A stretch of 64,000 nt of DNA from an uncultured Eubacteriales bacterium (GTDB taxonomy: Bacteria; Bacillota; Clostridia; Oscillospirales; CAG-272), in assembly GCA_934447715.1 (NCBI GenBank), contig CAKSER010000005.1, positions 25,678 to 89,677 on the forward strand, read 5' to 3'. Every line of letters begins with the position of its first letter. The first letter of the stretch is position 1. Below the pieces are notes generated by a model. It ran no database searches and was not told where the DNA came from. It saw only the letters and a list, made by a program, of their open reading frames with translations. Both the position numbers and the translations under genes were made by a program. This document shows positions 27,460 through 35,074 of this stretch, one piece after another.

Positions 27460-28275
27460 TTATTCCCGTCCTCCTTCCGGCGCTTCAGGCAGAGGCATCC
27501 AATAAGCCACATGCTTTCCGTAGCGCACCCATTTTCCGTCAACATATCTGTCTGTATCAAGCTTTGGAAAAGTCCCGGCATTTTCAAGAAATACCAAAAC
27601 TCTTTCCGATTCATCCGTCGGCAGATCATCCTTTACGCTGATCCATTCTCCCCAACTGTAAGGATCTTCACCCGGCAAAAGTTCAACCATCCTCGCAGCC
27701 GAAGCATATACCGCTTTCGGAGTGCCTACCGCCATGTCTGCTTTTGCTTCGAGCAAGCCGATAAGCTTTTGCTTGTCTATGTATTTACTCATCTTTTCTC
27801 TCTCCCTTTTGCTTTTCTCTCCCTTTTGCTTTTCTCTTTCTTCGCAGACAGGACAAACCATCCGCCCCTCCGGTATCACCTCGCCGCAGATAACGCATGT
27901 GTCAGCCGAGCTTGTAAGCTTGAAGCAGCCTATGCGCTTTAGAATCTTCCGGTATGTGCCGGCAGAAGCTCCGCCGCCCTTTTCAATTTTTGCGATAGTG
28001 AATTCGGAAACACCGAGCCGCACGGCAAATTCACCCGTCGTAAGCTCAAGCCGCCTGCGCTCGTCTCTTACCGCGTTTTCGTATTCGGCGCACCGTATAG
28101 GCTGTAAGTCTCTGATTGGCTCGCTTTTTCTCCTCTTTGCCTCTGTAAGACATGCCCACGAGCAAAGCCTTGCCTTGCCATTGCCTGTTCCGAACCGGTA
28201 TCGGTGCATCGGAGCAGGAATAAAGGTTTTAAGGCAAATGGGGCATTTTGCCTCCCACAAAAGCGTGTCATACAT
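27460..28275 (-). CDS. composite early protein: Zn-finger, XRE-type HTH, Zn-ribbon and DUF551-like C-terminus
   Basis: CPIC...C..C, then GEFAVRLGVSEFTIAKIEKG, then CVICG...CPVC, then WISVKDDLP...YWMPLPEAP. No in-frame stop anywhere in the ORF. Confidence 0.5.
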   Translation of the reverse strand: MYDTLLWEAKCPICLKTFIPAPMHRYRFGTGNGKARLCSWACLTEAKRRKSEPIRDLQPIRCAEYENAVRDERRRLELTTGEFAVRLGVSEFTIAKIEKGGGASAGTYRKILKRIGCFKLTSSADTCVICGEVIPEGRMVCPVCEEREKQKGEKSKREREKMSKYIDKQKLIGLLEAKADMAVGTPKAVYASAARMVELLPGEDPYSWGEWISVKDDLPTDESERVLVFLENAGTFPKLDTDRYVDGKWVRYGKHVAYWMPLPEAPEGGRE

Positions 28276-28771
28276 TTCCGGCTTCCTTTCTCAGCTGCCT
28301 TAATCTTTCCTGCATTTCCTCGGCGCTCGGCAGCAAGCTAAACGAACCGCCGCGCTCTCCTCTTTGCTCGCTTCTAGGCAGCTCTCTTTCCTGCCGTTCT
28401 CTTGCCCTGCGGTTTCTTTCGGCGTAATCCGTTTCGCTTCCGACAAGATTGCTGTAATCCGTAAGAACAGCAGCCCCGTTGCAATCGTCATAAATAAGCC
28501 CGAGCGTCCGAAAGAGCGCAATGCCGGCCTTGACTGTGTCTGCCGAAAACCACTTGCAGTCCTTTGCAATCTTTTCGGCGCTGTACGGAATCACGATATC
28601 CCCGATCTGCCTTTCAAGCCTGCCCTCGGTGTTGATTGTTTTAAGACAAAGAACCTGATATAAAACAACATACTTCGCACCGCCGGGCTGCTCCATAAGA
28701 TAATCGACCGCATCCGAGGTCATAAAGGATTCCTTCAGCTTGAACCAGTAATATCTTTTACCTGTTGCCAC
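28268..28771 (-). CDS. phage replisome organizer (N-terminal domain family)
   Basis: YYWFKLKESFMTSDAVDYLM...YVVLYQVLCL opening typical of the family. Confidence 0.7.
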   Translation of the reverse strand: MATGKRYYWFKLKESFMTSDAVDYLMEQPGGAKYVVLYQVLCLKTINTEGRLERQIGDIVIPYSAEKIAKDCKWFSADTVKAGIALFRTLGLIYDDCNGAAVLTDYSNLVGSETDYAERNRRARERQERELPRSEQRGERGGSFSLLPSAEEMQERLRQLRKEAGNV

Positions 28772-28783
28772 GGCTCACACCTC

Positions 28784-29239
28784 TTAAAACGGCAGATCGT
28801 CGTCATCCGGAAGCGGTGCAAGCTCCGGGGAAACCTCGGTTCCAACATAGCCGTCCGGTATGTATGTCTGCATCTGTGTCTGTTTATATGACTTCTGCGC
28901 CGTATTCTGCGTATTCGTGCCCCCTGACGTACTTTCTGCCGATTTGAGCCCTTCTACGCGGTCACAGAGCACCTCTGTTACAAATCTCTTGCTGCCGTCT
29001 CGCGTTTCGTAGCTTCTTGACTGCAGCTGACCGACAATTCCGATCAGATCTCCTTTGTGCAGATACTTGCCGGCAAACTCCGCGCTCTGCCGCCACAATA
29101 CACAGTCGACAAAATCCGTCTGATCCTTTGCCCTCGGTCTCTTTACCGCAAGACCGAAGCTTGTGACCGGCACTCCCTCCGCCGTTGTCTTGATTTCAAA
29201 ATCGTTTGCTATTCTTCCCGTTAAGCATACCGTGTTCAT
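28784..29239 (-). CDS. ssb: single-stranded DNA-binding protein
   Basis: OB-fold N-terminus (MNTVCLTGRIANDFE) and acidic tail ending DDDLPF. Confidence 0.9.
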   Translation of the reverse strand: MNTVCLTGRIANDFEIKTTAEGVPVTSFGLAVKRPRAKDQTDFVDCVLWRQSAEFAGKYLHKGDLIGIVGQLQSRSYETRDGSKRFVTEVLCDRVEGLKSAESTSGGTNTQNTAQKSYKQTQMQTYIPDGYVGTEVSPELAPLPDDDDLPF

Positions 29240-29278
29240 TCTTTTCCTCCCGTTCCGGCTTTCTTTAGCCGGCTCTTT

Positions 29279-29491
29279 TTATTTTGTGACGATAAAATAT
29301 TTTGCATACGATACCGGCTTCCCGTACCGGTTGACAGCCTTTTCCATGGATTTGCGGATGTCGTAGCCCTCCTCCTTCAGCTCCGCAATCCTTGCGCCGA
29401 GCCTTAAGCAGCCGTATTCGGCAATTGCCTCCCACGGCGTTATAGAGCCGTGCCGTTTAAGATGCTCTAAAATCAGATTGTTCTGTGACAT
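29279..29491 (-). CDS. winged-helix DNA-binding protein (HTH_39-like)
   Basis: ILEHLKRHGSITPWEAIAEYGCLRLGARIAELK. Confidence 0.5.
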   Translation of the reverse strand: MSQNNLILEHLKRHGSITPWEAIAEYGCLRLGARIAELKEEGYDIRKSMEKAVNRYGKPVSYAKYFIVTK

Positions 29492-29797
29492 TTATCTCCT
29501 CCCCTTCCGGTAAATAAGTTTTTCTTCGTCCCACCCGGGATATCTGCTTTTAAGATATTGCCGCACGACCGGGAACAGCTGCTGTCTTCCCACACCGTCA
29601 AAGGCGTTGTGACAGGCAAAACACATGGTCGTGATGTTTTCCTCAATTCCGAGCCCTCCGGCACTCCTCGGGATAAAATGGCTGTTCGGCATGGCCCGGT
29701 GCGTACCGCATATAATGCATTTCCCGCCGTCTCGCTCCCATACTCTTTCCTTGACGGCTCTCGTAATGTCGCATGCTCTTGTCCGTGCTGATTTCAT
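29492..29797 (-). CDS. HNH endonuclease
   Basis: CIICG...HFIPRS...N...CFACHNAFD. Start set at MKSARTR, giving an ATGA overlap with the upstream stop. Confidence 0.8.
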   Translation of the reverse strand: MKSARTRACDITRAVKERVWERDGGKCIICGTHRAMPNSHFIPRSAGGLGIEENITTMCFACHNAFDGVGRQQLFPVVRQYLKSRYPGWDEEKLIYRKGRR

Positions 29798-30339
29798 TTC
29801 CACTCCTCCTTGATAAGCGCAAGCTCCGAAGGGCTGATAACCTCCACACCGCAATCGTCACAGGTCTGGATCACCGCATCGAGCAGCCGGCTCATCTCCG
29901 CCGTCGTGTAGGTTGATGACCCGTAATATACACATACCTTGACGCAGCCCGGAAGCTTGCAACGGTCGACCTTCTCGGTAAACCATCCGATCCCCTTGTT
30001 GCTCCATTCGCGCTCGAAGGAATCAAACGCCTCCTCCGGCATCGCCATATATTCATACACACCGGAAGATCTTATGTGATCCCGGTATACATCCTCCTTG
30101 CTCACAATGCATCCGTCCTTTGAAAGGGCAGCCGACAGCTGACCGCACAGCTCCCACAAAAGATCATTTGCATTCCTGCTCCGCTTTTCGTAATACCGCT
30201 TGATCTCAACCGTGTATTCCTTGTCCGTTTTGATGCTTTCGGCAATGCCTCGCGCCTCCGGCGTGCTGTCGACCTTAAGAGACAGCCATGTTCCGCCTTG
30301 GTCGATGCTCCACCGCGCACCGCTGATTTTTGTCTTCAC
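29794..30339 (-). CDS. NinB/Orf-like recombination mediator (tentative)
   Basis: KRSRNANDLLWELCGQLS resembles the lambda NinB RNRSLDQNRKLWACLGDVS segment; adjacent to the exonuclease and annealase genes. Confidence 0.4.
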   Translation of the reverse strand: MKTKISGARWSIDQGGTWLSLKVDSTPEARGIAESIKTDKEYTVEIKRYYEKRSRNANDLLWELCGQLSAALSKDGCIVSKEDVYRDHIRSSGVYEYMAMPEEAFDSFEREWSNKGIGWFTEKVDRCKLPGCVKVCVYYGSSTYTTAEMSRLLDAVIQTCDDCGVEVISPSELALIKEEWK

Positions 30340-30896
30340 GGAAATCTACCCTCCCTCAATATCGCCGACAGCTCGAAAATGTTCGGCAGAAAGACCTTGT
30401 TTATCCATTCCTCGTCATACTCGATCGGATATTCGCTTAACCGTCTGCCGTCGATCGGACGGAAAAAGTTGCCGTAATCCGCTCTTTCAAGACCGTATGC
30501 GTATATGCTCGCTTTCGGAAGAACCCCGTAGCTTTTAAGCCAGGCATACATCTGAACGTTAACCTGATCACGGTAATGCTTCGGGACCTTAAAGCCCTTT
30601 TCAAGACTGTAGGTCTTAATTTCAAAGATCTTGTCCCTGCTGTTGCCGTCACAGTTTACCCGGAGCAGTATTTCCGGGATAATGATCTGCTTGTCCGTTT
30701 CGGAGCAGCCGAGAAATTCAAGAATCGGATGCTCGAAATTTGTTCCGGCTGCCATCGCCTCGTTTTGGTAATCGCTTCTTGCAATCCCAAGCTTGATCTG
30801 CCACCACTTTTCAAAGGATTTTGTCTTCCGGTTCCCGACTATGTACCGCACATCCGATGCGCCGAAGTATCCGCTTCTGTCGCTGTCCGCAATCAT
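30336..30896 (-). CDS. YqaJ-type (lambda Exo-like) PD-(D/E)xK exonuclease
   Basis: GYFGASDVRYI and D...FEIKT motifs; coupled to the annealase gene by a 4-nt overlap. Confidence 0.7.
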   Translation of the reverse strand: MIADSDRSGYFGASDVRYIVGNRKTKSFEKWWQIKLGIARSDYQNEAMAAGTNFEHPILEFLGCSETDKQIIIPEILLRVNCDGNSRDKIFEIKTYSLEKGFKVPKHYRDQVNVQMYAWLKSYGVLPKASIYAYGLERADYGNFFRPIDGRRLSEYPIEYDEEWINKVFLPNIFELSAILREGRFP

Positions 30897-31573
30897 TTGG
30901 ATGCCCCGACCGAAAGGAGCTTTTTCTCGAATCTCGCAAGCGCGTCAAATTGGCAGAAAACCGACTTGACCTCGTCGACGGTCATATCAAGAGCAGCTGC
31001 GACATCCTTTGCCGACATGCCCTTTTTCTTGAGAACCTCCGTATACTCCTCCTGAAAGCGCTCCTTGATTGCAAACAGGCTGTGCTTTGTAAGGTCCTCG
31101 ACTGCCTGTTCCTCGTCCGCACCGTCCTTTTCGTCGCACCAGAGACTAAAGCCCAGCCCCGTAACCATTGCAACCGTCTTGACAAACGCCCTTGTCTGCG
31201 CGTTCCAGACTCTCTGCTGCGTAAGAGAATTGTCCTTGACCGGGTTCGAGCCGTTCATAAGCGGATACTGCCCGTAGTATACCTTGTCGTCGATTTCGAC
31301 CTTGACCTTTACCTCGTAGCACCTGTTTGCTACACCGTTTCGGTCAACAAATTCCCGGTCGCTCATAATAAGCGAGCTGCCGTGCTCGTTTGTGCATGGC
31401 GTGAAGTTTACAAATTCCGCGCCGTTTTCGTGCAACAGCTTCTTGCATTGCGCCCAGTTGAGATAGGGCACCAAAATCGTCTTTCCCTTGTCATCCTTTG
31501 CCTCGCGCATGTCGCAGTACGGAAGCACGTCTATCTGCATCATCTCGTTAAAGCTTTTAAGCATCTTCGCCAT
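30893..31573 (-). CDS. Sak/DUF1071 (Rad52-like) single-strand annealing protein
   Basis: MAKMLKSFNEMMQIDV...LVPYLNWAQCKKLL layout. The longer ORF start (31639) only adds a repeat-derived (KTR)n extension. Confidence 0.6.
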   Translation of the reverse strand: MAKMLKSFNEMMQIDVLPYCDMREAKDDKGKTILVPYLNWAQCKKLLHENGAEFVNFTPCTNEHGSSLIMSDREFVDRNGVANRCYEVKVKVEIDDKVYYGQYPLMNGSNPVKDNSLTQQRVWNAQTRAFVKTVAMVTGLGFSLWCDEKDGADEEQAVEDLTKHSLFAIKERFQEEYTEVLKKKGMSAKDVAAALDMTVDEVKSVFCQFDALARFEKKLLSVGASK

Positions 31574-31793
31574 CCTCCTCGTGTTCCTCGTCTTCCTCGT
31601 CTTCCTCGTCTTCCTCGTCGTAATCTTCGTATTCCTCAACTCTTCCGCCGCAGTAGGGACAGCTCGATTCGCCGCAGCTTTCGTATGCCGGAAAGCCGAA
31701 GCAGTCGCCTATATATTCTTTCCAGTACTCTGTCTCAAGCTCTCCCTCGTTGAGGATCTCACCGCACCTGCGGCAGATATATAGATCGCTCAT
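31557..31793 (-). CDS. zinc-ribbon protein with poly-acidic tail
   Basis: CRRCG...CPYCGG pairs; C-terminal EEYEDYDEEDEEDEEDEEHEEDGEDA. Confidence 0.55.
   Translation of the reverse strand: MSDLYICRRCGEILNEGELETEYWKEYIGDCFGFPAYESCGESSCPYCGGRVEEYEDYDEEDEEDEEDEEHEEDGEDA
31584..31619. repeat. 4 perfect copies of 9-bp unit TTCCTCGTC
   Basis: Direct reading of nt 31584-31619. The repeat encodes the acidic tail on the minus strand. Confidence 0.95.
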
Positions 31794-32026
31794 TTCAGCA
31801 CCGCCCTTAAAATTGCCTGACCGCCGATGTTTTCCTCAAAGGCAAAGCCCGGCTCGGTAATTGCGGCAAATGAATCGCCTAAAACAATTCTGTTTCCCTG
31901 GTTCTGTAAGGCAAGGAACAAACACCTTTTCACAAACTCAAGATCGCTCTTTAATGCCTTGTTTTCTTTTTCCAGATTCGCCGCCTTATTTGCAAGATAG
32001 CCTGCATATTCTTCGCTGATTTTCAT
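31790..32026 (-). CDS. coiled-coil hypothetical protein
   Basis: Start set at MKISEEY after GAGGGAGGA-N6. Confidence 0.5.
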   Translation of the reverse strand: MKISEEYAGYLANKAANLEKENKALKSDLEFVKRCLFLALQNQGNRIVLGDSFAAITEPGFAFEENIGGQAILRAVLK

Positions 32027-32039
32027 TGCCTGTCCTCCC

Positions 32040-32279
32040 TCATCGGTCATCCCTGCCGCTGCCCGGCATGCGGTCGGTAACGGTGTAGATAACCGTGCTT
32101 TTATCTTCCGTTTCCTCAATCTCCTCAACCTTGAGATCAAGCCGGTATTTCTGCTTTAATGCCTCGTGCAGTGTTGTATAAAGTCCGTTCCCTTCGGACA
32201 GCTTCATGTGGCTCTGCACCAATGCAGCAGCACATTCATCACATGTGCCGGAAAGGTTGTTGATTATTATCGTTCTCAT
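32040..32279 (-). CDS. hypothetical protein
   Basis: 79-aa ORF, the first gene downstream of the repeat block. Confidence 0.5.
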   Translation of the reverse strand: MRTIIINNLSGTCDECAAALVQSHMKLSEGNGLYTTLHEALKQKYRLDLKVEEIEETEDKSTVIYTVTDRMPGSGRDDR

Positions 32280-32390
32280 TGCGTCCTCCCGAGCCGAGCC
32301 GCACTCCGGATTGCAGCCGAAACCCGTTTTTTTGTTTTTCTTTCCTCACGCGCGTATGCGCGCTATTATATAAAAATTAAATATAAATTA

Positions 32391-32439
32391 TATATATATC
32401 TCTATATCTATATCTTTATCTATATCTATATCTATATCT
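32391..32439. repeat. AT-rich hexamer tract (TATATC)n
   Basis: About 8 tandem copies or variants of TATATC, preceded by ATTATATAAAAATTAAATATAAATTATATATA. Confidence 0.9.
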
Positions 32440-32440
32440 G

Positions 32441-32622
32441 TGTACACAATTTGTAACACATTGTGTACACGTTTGTGTTCACACTTGTGTTCAGTTGCTG
32501 TACTCATTGTGTAACACATTGTGTTCAGTAATGTGTTCAGTAATGTGTACCTGTTTGTGTTCAGCGACTGTACATATTGTGTAACACATTGTGTTCAGTA
32601 ATGTGTTCGCGTTTGTGTTCAG
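32441..32622. promoter_or_regulatory. iteron / dyad array (ori-like or regulator-binding block)
   Basis: 10-bp inverted repeat TGTACACAAT-N9-ATTGTGTACA (32441-32469). Eight same-orientation copies of TGTGTTCAG (6 exact, 2 variant). A 33-nt exact direct repeat at 32506-32538 and 32576-32608. Confidence 0.6.
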
Positions 32623-32840
32623 ACGTTACCCTTTCCCCGATGCATTTCGTGTGGGATATATTCATCTTCTAACCATTTTTCGTATTTCTCCCACACCCCC
32701 GGCATGGCAAAATATTGCCTGACACTTGAGTCAAGTGCTCCGAACATGGCATCATAAACATCATCCGGAATCAGATCGGGATCGATTGTAATATCTTCCT
32801 CCGCACCGATCAGATCGTTTCTCACTTGTCTTCCCTCCAT
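32619..32840 (-). CDS. small acidic hypothetical protein
   Basis: 73 aa, about 23% Asp+Glu. Confidence 0.5.
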   Translation of the reverse strand: MEGRQVRNDLIGAEEDITIDPDLIPDDVYDAMFGALDSSVRQYFAMPGVWEKYEKWLEDEYIPHEMHRGKGNV

Positions 32841-33151
32841 GCATCTGCCAAAGGATCAAGAGGATCATTTTCGAGAACACCCCCGAAATTAAGGGCTTTC
32901 TCAAAGCCCTCCTCCTCGTCGCAGTCCTCCGCCAGATACTTGTCTCTTTCCTTTTTCAGTTCTTTAAGAATATTCTCTCTAATCCATCCCGTAGGCAGCA
33001 TCCAAATGAGCGCCGCGATTTCTTCAATCGGCCAGCAATGTTCATTTGCAAGATGCAGCTTCTGATATTGGCTGACCGTACAACCGGTAAACCACTCGTT
33101 TTTAATGCAAAGCTCGTTTAATTTCTCCGGGGTTGTTACTCCGTATTTCAT
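32822..33151 (-). CDS. hypothetical protein
   Basis: 109-aa ORF in the early operon. Confidence 0.5.
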   Translation of the reverse strand: MKYGVTTPEKLNELCIKNEWFTGCTVSQYQKLHLANEHCWPIEEIAALIWMLPTGWIRENILKELKKERDKYLAEDCDEEEGFEKALNFGGVLENDPLDPLADAWREDK

Positions 33152-33168
33152 TGCTTTTTCCTCCCTTT

Positions 33169-34116
33169 TTAATGTGGAATTTCGGCATATTTTAAGACCT
33201 CATCAAGCCCAAGCCCACCAGCAGAAACAGGTTTCATACACCATTCATATTGTTTCGGATGAGTTTCTTTCATCCTTTGAAATCTGTTTGGTTCTTTTTC
33301 AAGATGACATCCGAACATACAAAACATACACCCTGTCCTGTCACACCCTGTTGTTTTAAGTTCGGGCACGGGAGTTATTTGATTTTTTGTCATATTCCCG
33401 GTTTCAATAATGTCACCATAAACGGACGAAATTTCAAGATTAAATTCTTTTATGTACTGCAGCACATCATTTTCGGTCCAGAACGATAGTGGGGCTGATT
33501 TCCTTTTGGAACCCTCGAATATGCTGCAACCGAACATCTTCCATTTCTCTTCTCTTAATTTTGACTCGCATGCCAATGTTCCAACATAAGGGCTCTTTCC
33601 GCTTCTCTTTTGAAAATCAATAATTGGCCGTTTCTTCATGACATAACAGCATTGTGCAGAAACGTTAAACGGCGCGTCTATCAATTTCAGCCATCGTTTA
33701 GAAACAGGCCACCCCAAATCACCGTTAACCTTTCTTAAAGCCCACTCAGATCCTTTTCGTGCATAGTCGATAGTATTTGCAATTTCCTTCGTTGGAAGTG
33801 GATAGCCATATTTCATTATCACCTGCTTAAAGTTCATTTTCGGTTTTACAACAGTAACATTTGGCTGCTTCATTGCAAAGCTTCTGACCTCGGGATACTC
33901 AAGACCCGTATCTGCATATACAGCTTCAACATCCGGAAACATCGATCTGACAAGATGTAGCAAAACAGTCGAATCTTTCCCTCCCGAAAATGAAACGCAA
34001 ACGTCGCCTCCGAAATATTCGTACCACTTCCGAATTCTTTCTTTTGACATTACTATTTTCGTTTGAAGCGGAAGCGCCTGCATCTGCCTCAAATCTCCTA
34101 TAGAATGAACATTCAT
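33169..34116 (-). CDS. PAPS-reductase / PP-loop ATPase family protein (IbrA/DndC-like) with C-terminal Cys cluster
   Basis: SFSGGKDSTVLLHL PP-loop; C-terminal GCDRTGCMFCMFGC. Confidence 0.8.
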   Translation of the reverse strand: MNVHSIGDLRQMQALPLQTKIVMSKERIRKWYEYFGGDVCVSFSGGKDSTVLLHLVRSMFPDVEAVYADTGLEYPEVRSFAMKQPNVTVVKPKMNFKQVIMKYGYPLPTKEIANTIDYARKGSEWALRKVNGDLGWPVSKRWLKLIDAPFNVSAQCCYVMKKRPIIDFQKRSGKSPYVGTLACESKLREEKWKMFGCSIFEGSKRKSAPLSFWTENDVLQYIKEFNLEISSVYGDIIETGNMTKNQITPVPELKTTGCDRTGCMFCMFGCHLEKEPNRFQRMKETHPKQYEWCMKPVSAGGLGLDEVLKYAEIPH

Positions 34117-34370
34117 CGGTTTACTCCTTTTTTCTGTTCAAAATTTTTGAACTTCTGGGTAAAAAAATAAGTCTGAATTTCTTCAACTGTTAAATCAAGC
34201 ACATCTAAAGCTTTCTGAATTTCCGGCTGTTTGAAAGCAGTTTTGTTGTTCAATTTCATAGAAATTGTTTTTTCGGAAAGCCCCATCATTTCAGAAAAAG
34301 CTGCTCGTGTTCCGCACTTTTCAACGATCCTCCCTTTTAACTTTCCATAATCATATTTCATTTGACGCAC
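34113..34370 (-). CDS. Cro-like / DUF739-like HTH regulator
   Basis: FSEMMGLSEKTISMKLNN HTH; 85 aa; early leftward operon. Confidence 0.6.
   Translation of the reverse strand: MRQMKYDYGKLKGRIVEKCGTRAAFSEMMGLSEKTISMKLNNKTAFKQPEIQKALDVLDLTVEEIQTYFFTQKFKNFEQKKGVNR
34136..34152. promoter_or_regulatory. operator-like palindrome GTTCAAA-ATT-TTTGAAC
   Basis: Perfect 7-3-7 dyad, same half-sites as 34921-34937. Lies in the 3' end of the Cro-like gene. Confidence 0.5.
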
Positions 34371-34655
34371 CTCCTTCTTGCTTTTCTTTTACTTAGTTGT
34401 GATTTTGGACTCACTCCGTTAAGTGACCTTTGATATGGTAAAAAGTTTTAACAGCATCTTTTCCAAGTAAAAACATTACATTTTCAATCGTCTAATCTTC
34501 AGAATGCTTGCAAATGTCGTCTGCGATTTCAAATAAATTTTTGAGCGAATACCCTTGAACACCAGCAAAATTCAGCATGAAATCATATTCTCTGCAAGTG
34601 CCTTTGGTATAAAGGTTATGTTTAATACAACACATTCTGACCGAATCTGCATCAA

Positions 34656-34910
34656 TCACCTTTCCTCGGTTATTTCGGGTTCTTCTTCAATGAATCCTGA
34701 TTGTCTCGAGCTTTTTCCTTTCTGAATATTCAGCTCAAGGGAAGTGTTCAGGTCAGAAATCCAACTGCTGCGCCCATCCACTGTGGATATATAAATCGGA
34801 CAGCCTGTCCTTTCGCTTGCTATATCATCCTTTTCATAATCCGTCGGGAACAATTCATCTGCTTTTGCCCATGCTTCTTTAATACTTTTTACTTTAATCA
34901 TCTTTGTCAC
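34656..34910 (-). CDS. first gene of the lytic (leftward) operon, unknown function
   Basis: 84-aa ORF, 29 nt downstream of the predicted transcription start; RBS GAAGGG. Confidence 0.55.
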   Translation of the reverse strand: MTKMIKVKSIKEAWAKADELFPTDYEKDDIASERTGCPIYISTVDGRSSWISDLNTSLELNIQKGKSSRQSGFIEEEPEITEER

Positions 34911-34920
34911 CCTTCTTTTT

Positions 34921-34937
34921 GTTCAAACACTTTGAAC
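34921..34937. promoter_or_regulatory. operator O1 GTTCAAA-CAC-TTTGAAC
   Basis: Perfect 7-3-7 dyad at about +2 to +18 of the leftward promoter. Confidence 0.6.
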
Positions 34938-34945
34938 TTGCCTAT

Positions 34946-34974
34946 ATTATAGCATTCAGTTTCGGACTTGTCAA
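34946..34974 (-). promoter_or_regulatory. leftward early (lytic) promoter
   Basis: Minus strand: consensus TTGACA (34974-34969), 17-nt spacer, consensus TATAAT (34951-34946). Confidence 0.75.
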
Positions 34975-34980
34975 CACTTT

Positions 34981-34997
34981 TTTCAAAATTTTTGAAC
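34981..34997. promoter_or_regulatory. operator O2 TTTCAAA-ATT-TTTGAAC
   Basis: Near-perfect dyad between the divergent promoters. Confidence 0.55.
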
Positions 34998-35014
34998 TTT
35001 TTTTCATAAACCCC

Positions 35015-35043
35015 TTGAACTTTTCTTTAAGGTGCGTTATAAT
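35015..35043 (+). promoter_or_regulatory. rightward repressor (maintenance) promoter
   Basis: TTGAAC (35015-35020), 17-nt spacer, TATAAT (35038-35043). The -35 hexamer overlaps an operator half-site. Confidence 0.65.
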
Positions 35044-35074
35044 ATAAGTGTCCCATAGGAAAGGAAGTGATTGC

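Noticed and set aside
32384-32622. CRISPR array
   Set aside because: The repeats are 6-11 bp (or a single 33-nt duplicate) with no regular 25-40-bp repeat/spacer periodicity, and there are no cas genes in the window.
34492-34635. 47-codon minus-strand ORF (MCCIKHNLYTKGTCREYDF...) in the gap between the first lytic gene and the Cro-like gene
   Set aside because: No convincing RBS or motif. It could be real (the gap is otherwise unexplained) but is unsupported from sequence alone.
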